Assembly: GCA_963843145.1 (NCBI GenBank)
Contig: CAWJJC010000002.1
Span: 64,001-128,000 of the forward strand
Origin: an uncultured delta proteobacterium
Lineage (GTDB): Bacteria; Desulfobacterota; RBG-13-43-22
DNA length: 64,000 nt
Direction of reading: 5' to 3'
Under the pieces are notes generated by a model. The model saw only the letters and a list, made by a program, of their open reading frames with translations. It was not told the DNA's origin and ran no database searches. A program made the translations under genes and the position numbers. Positions 63,670 through 64,000 of the stretch are shown piece after piece; within the stretch, counting starts at the first letter, position 1; the number at the start of each line of letters is the position of its first letter.

Positions 63670-64000
63670 ATGAAATTCATTCGAATCCTGATCCTCGGGA
63701 TTGTTAGCCTATTTCCAGCTTTTATAATAGTTCCTTCATCTCAAGCGGTCGATGCCGTGGTCGGGGGGGCCTGTACGGATACAGAATTCAATACGGCTTT
63801 GAACACCGTTCAAAGCACGGGAGGCGGAACGATTACCTTCAACTGCGGCACGTCGCCGGTCATCATTACCGTAACCGGGGCCAAGCCCATCAGCAGCCAA
63901 ACGACCATTGACGGTGGATCCCTGATCACTCTCAGCGGCGCGAATGCCTCTCGGGTTTTCTTGGTGAATCCGGGCATATCGCTAACGTTAAATAACCTGA
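63670..64000 (+). CDS. Secreted beta-helix / polymorphic-membrane-protein-like protein, 3' end outside the window
   Basis: GGAGG RBS; my translation MKFIRILILGIVSLF...SQA-VDAVVGGACTD...GGGTITFNCG...TIDGGSLITLSG..ASRVF.V stays open to the window end (absent from the ORF track). Confidence 0.75.
   Translation, partial: MKFIRILILGIVSLFPAFIIVPSSQAVDAVVGGACTDTEFNTALNTVQSTGGGTITFNCGTSPVIITVTGAKPISSQTTIDGGSLITLSGANASRVFLVNPGISLTLNNL

Larger units (their letters stand above)
51604..64000. mobile_element. Accessory island: tandem cargo modules separated by conserved sites and tyrosine recombinases (right end outside the window)
   Basis: Repeated L sites (53616, 58225, 62213) and R sites (51666, 54798, 58333, 63393); two integrases; an IS; AT-richer spacers; left boundary approximate. 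Confidence 0.7.

Noticed and set aside
51570-64000. Complete DGR locus
   Set aside because: I found no reverse transcriptase, avd gene or AAC-rich template repeat in the window; only a target-like gene is supported.

Overview
Bacterial chromosome segment. Gene order and the PxxKW protein suggest a deltaproteobacterium (Desulfobacterota-like); this is an inference. Positions 1-51570 are mostly core genes: xerC-hslVU, arg and lys/dap biosynthesis, folK, transaldolase, pgsA, tRNA-Gly and tRNA-Cys, coaBC, UDG, nfeD/SPFH, a larA-like gene, mdh, mutM, trmJ, a peptide ABC transporter, xseAB-ispA-dxs-tlyA, an aminotransferase and pilB-pilC-pilS. Several families of intergenic palindromes are scattered through this part, including a ~320-nt element present twice with compensatory base changes. 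From ~51600 to the end lies an accessory island built as a tandem array. Four cargo modules are separated by conserved, fixed-spacing left and right sequence sites; two spacers carry a paralogous tyrosine recombinase and one is an integrase-less miniature. The cargo is (1) a DUF1566 gene with a DGR-like variable region plus a Trp-repeat secreted protein, (2) an IS1380 plus a trypsin-like gene ending in an attC-like site, (3) an adenylate/guanylate cyclase-AAA gene, and (4) a truncated secreted protein. Three unrelated secreted proteins share a terminal (L/I)(Y/F)LPLI tag. Many single-base frameshifts, including some in housekeeping genes, are probably assembly errors. All calls come from reading the sequence; no searches were run.
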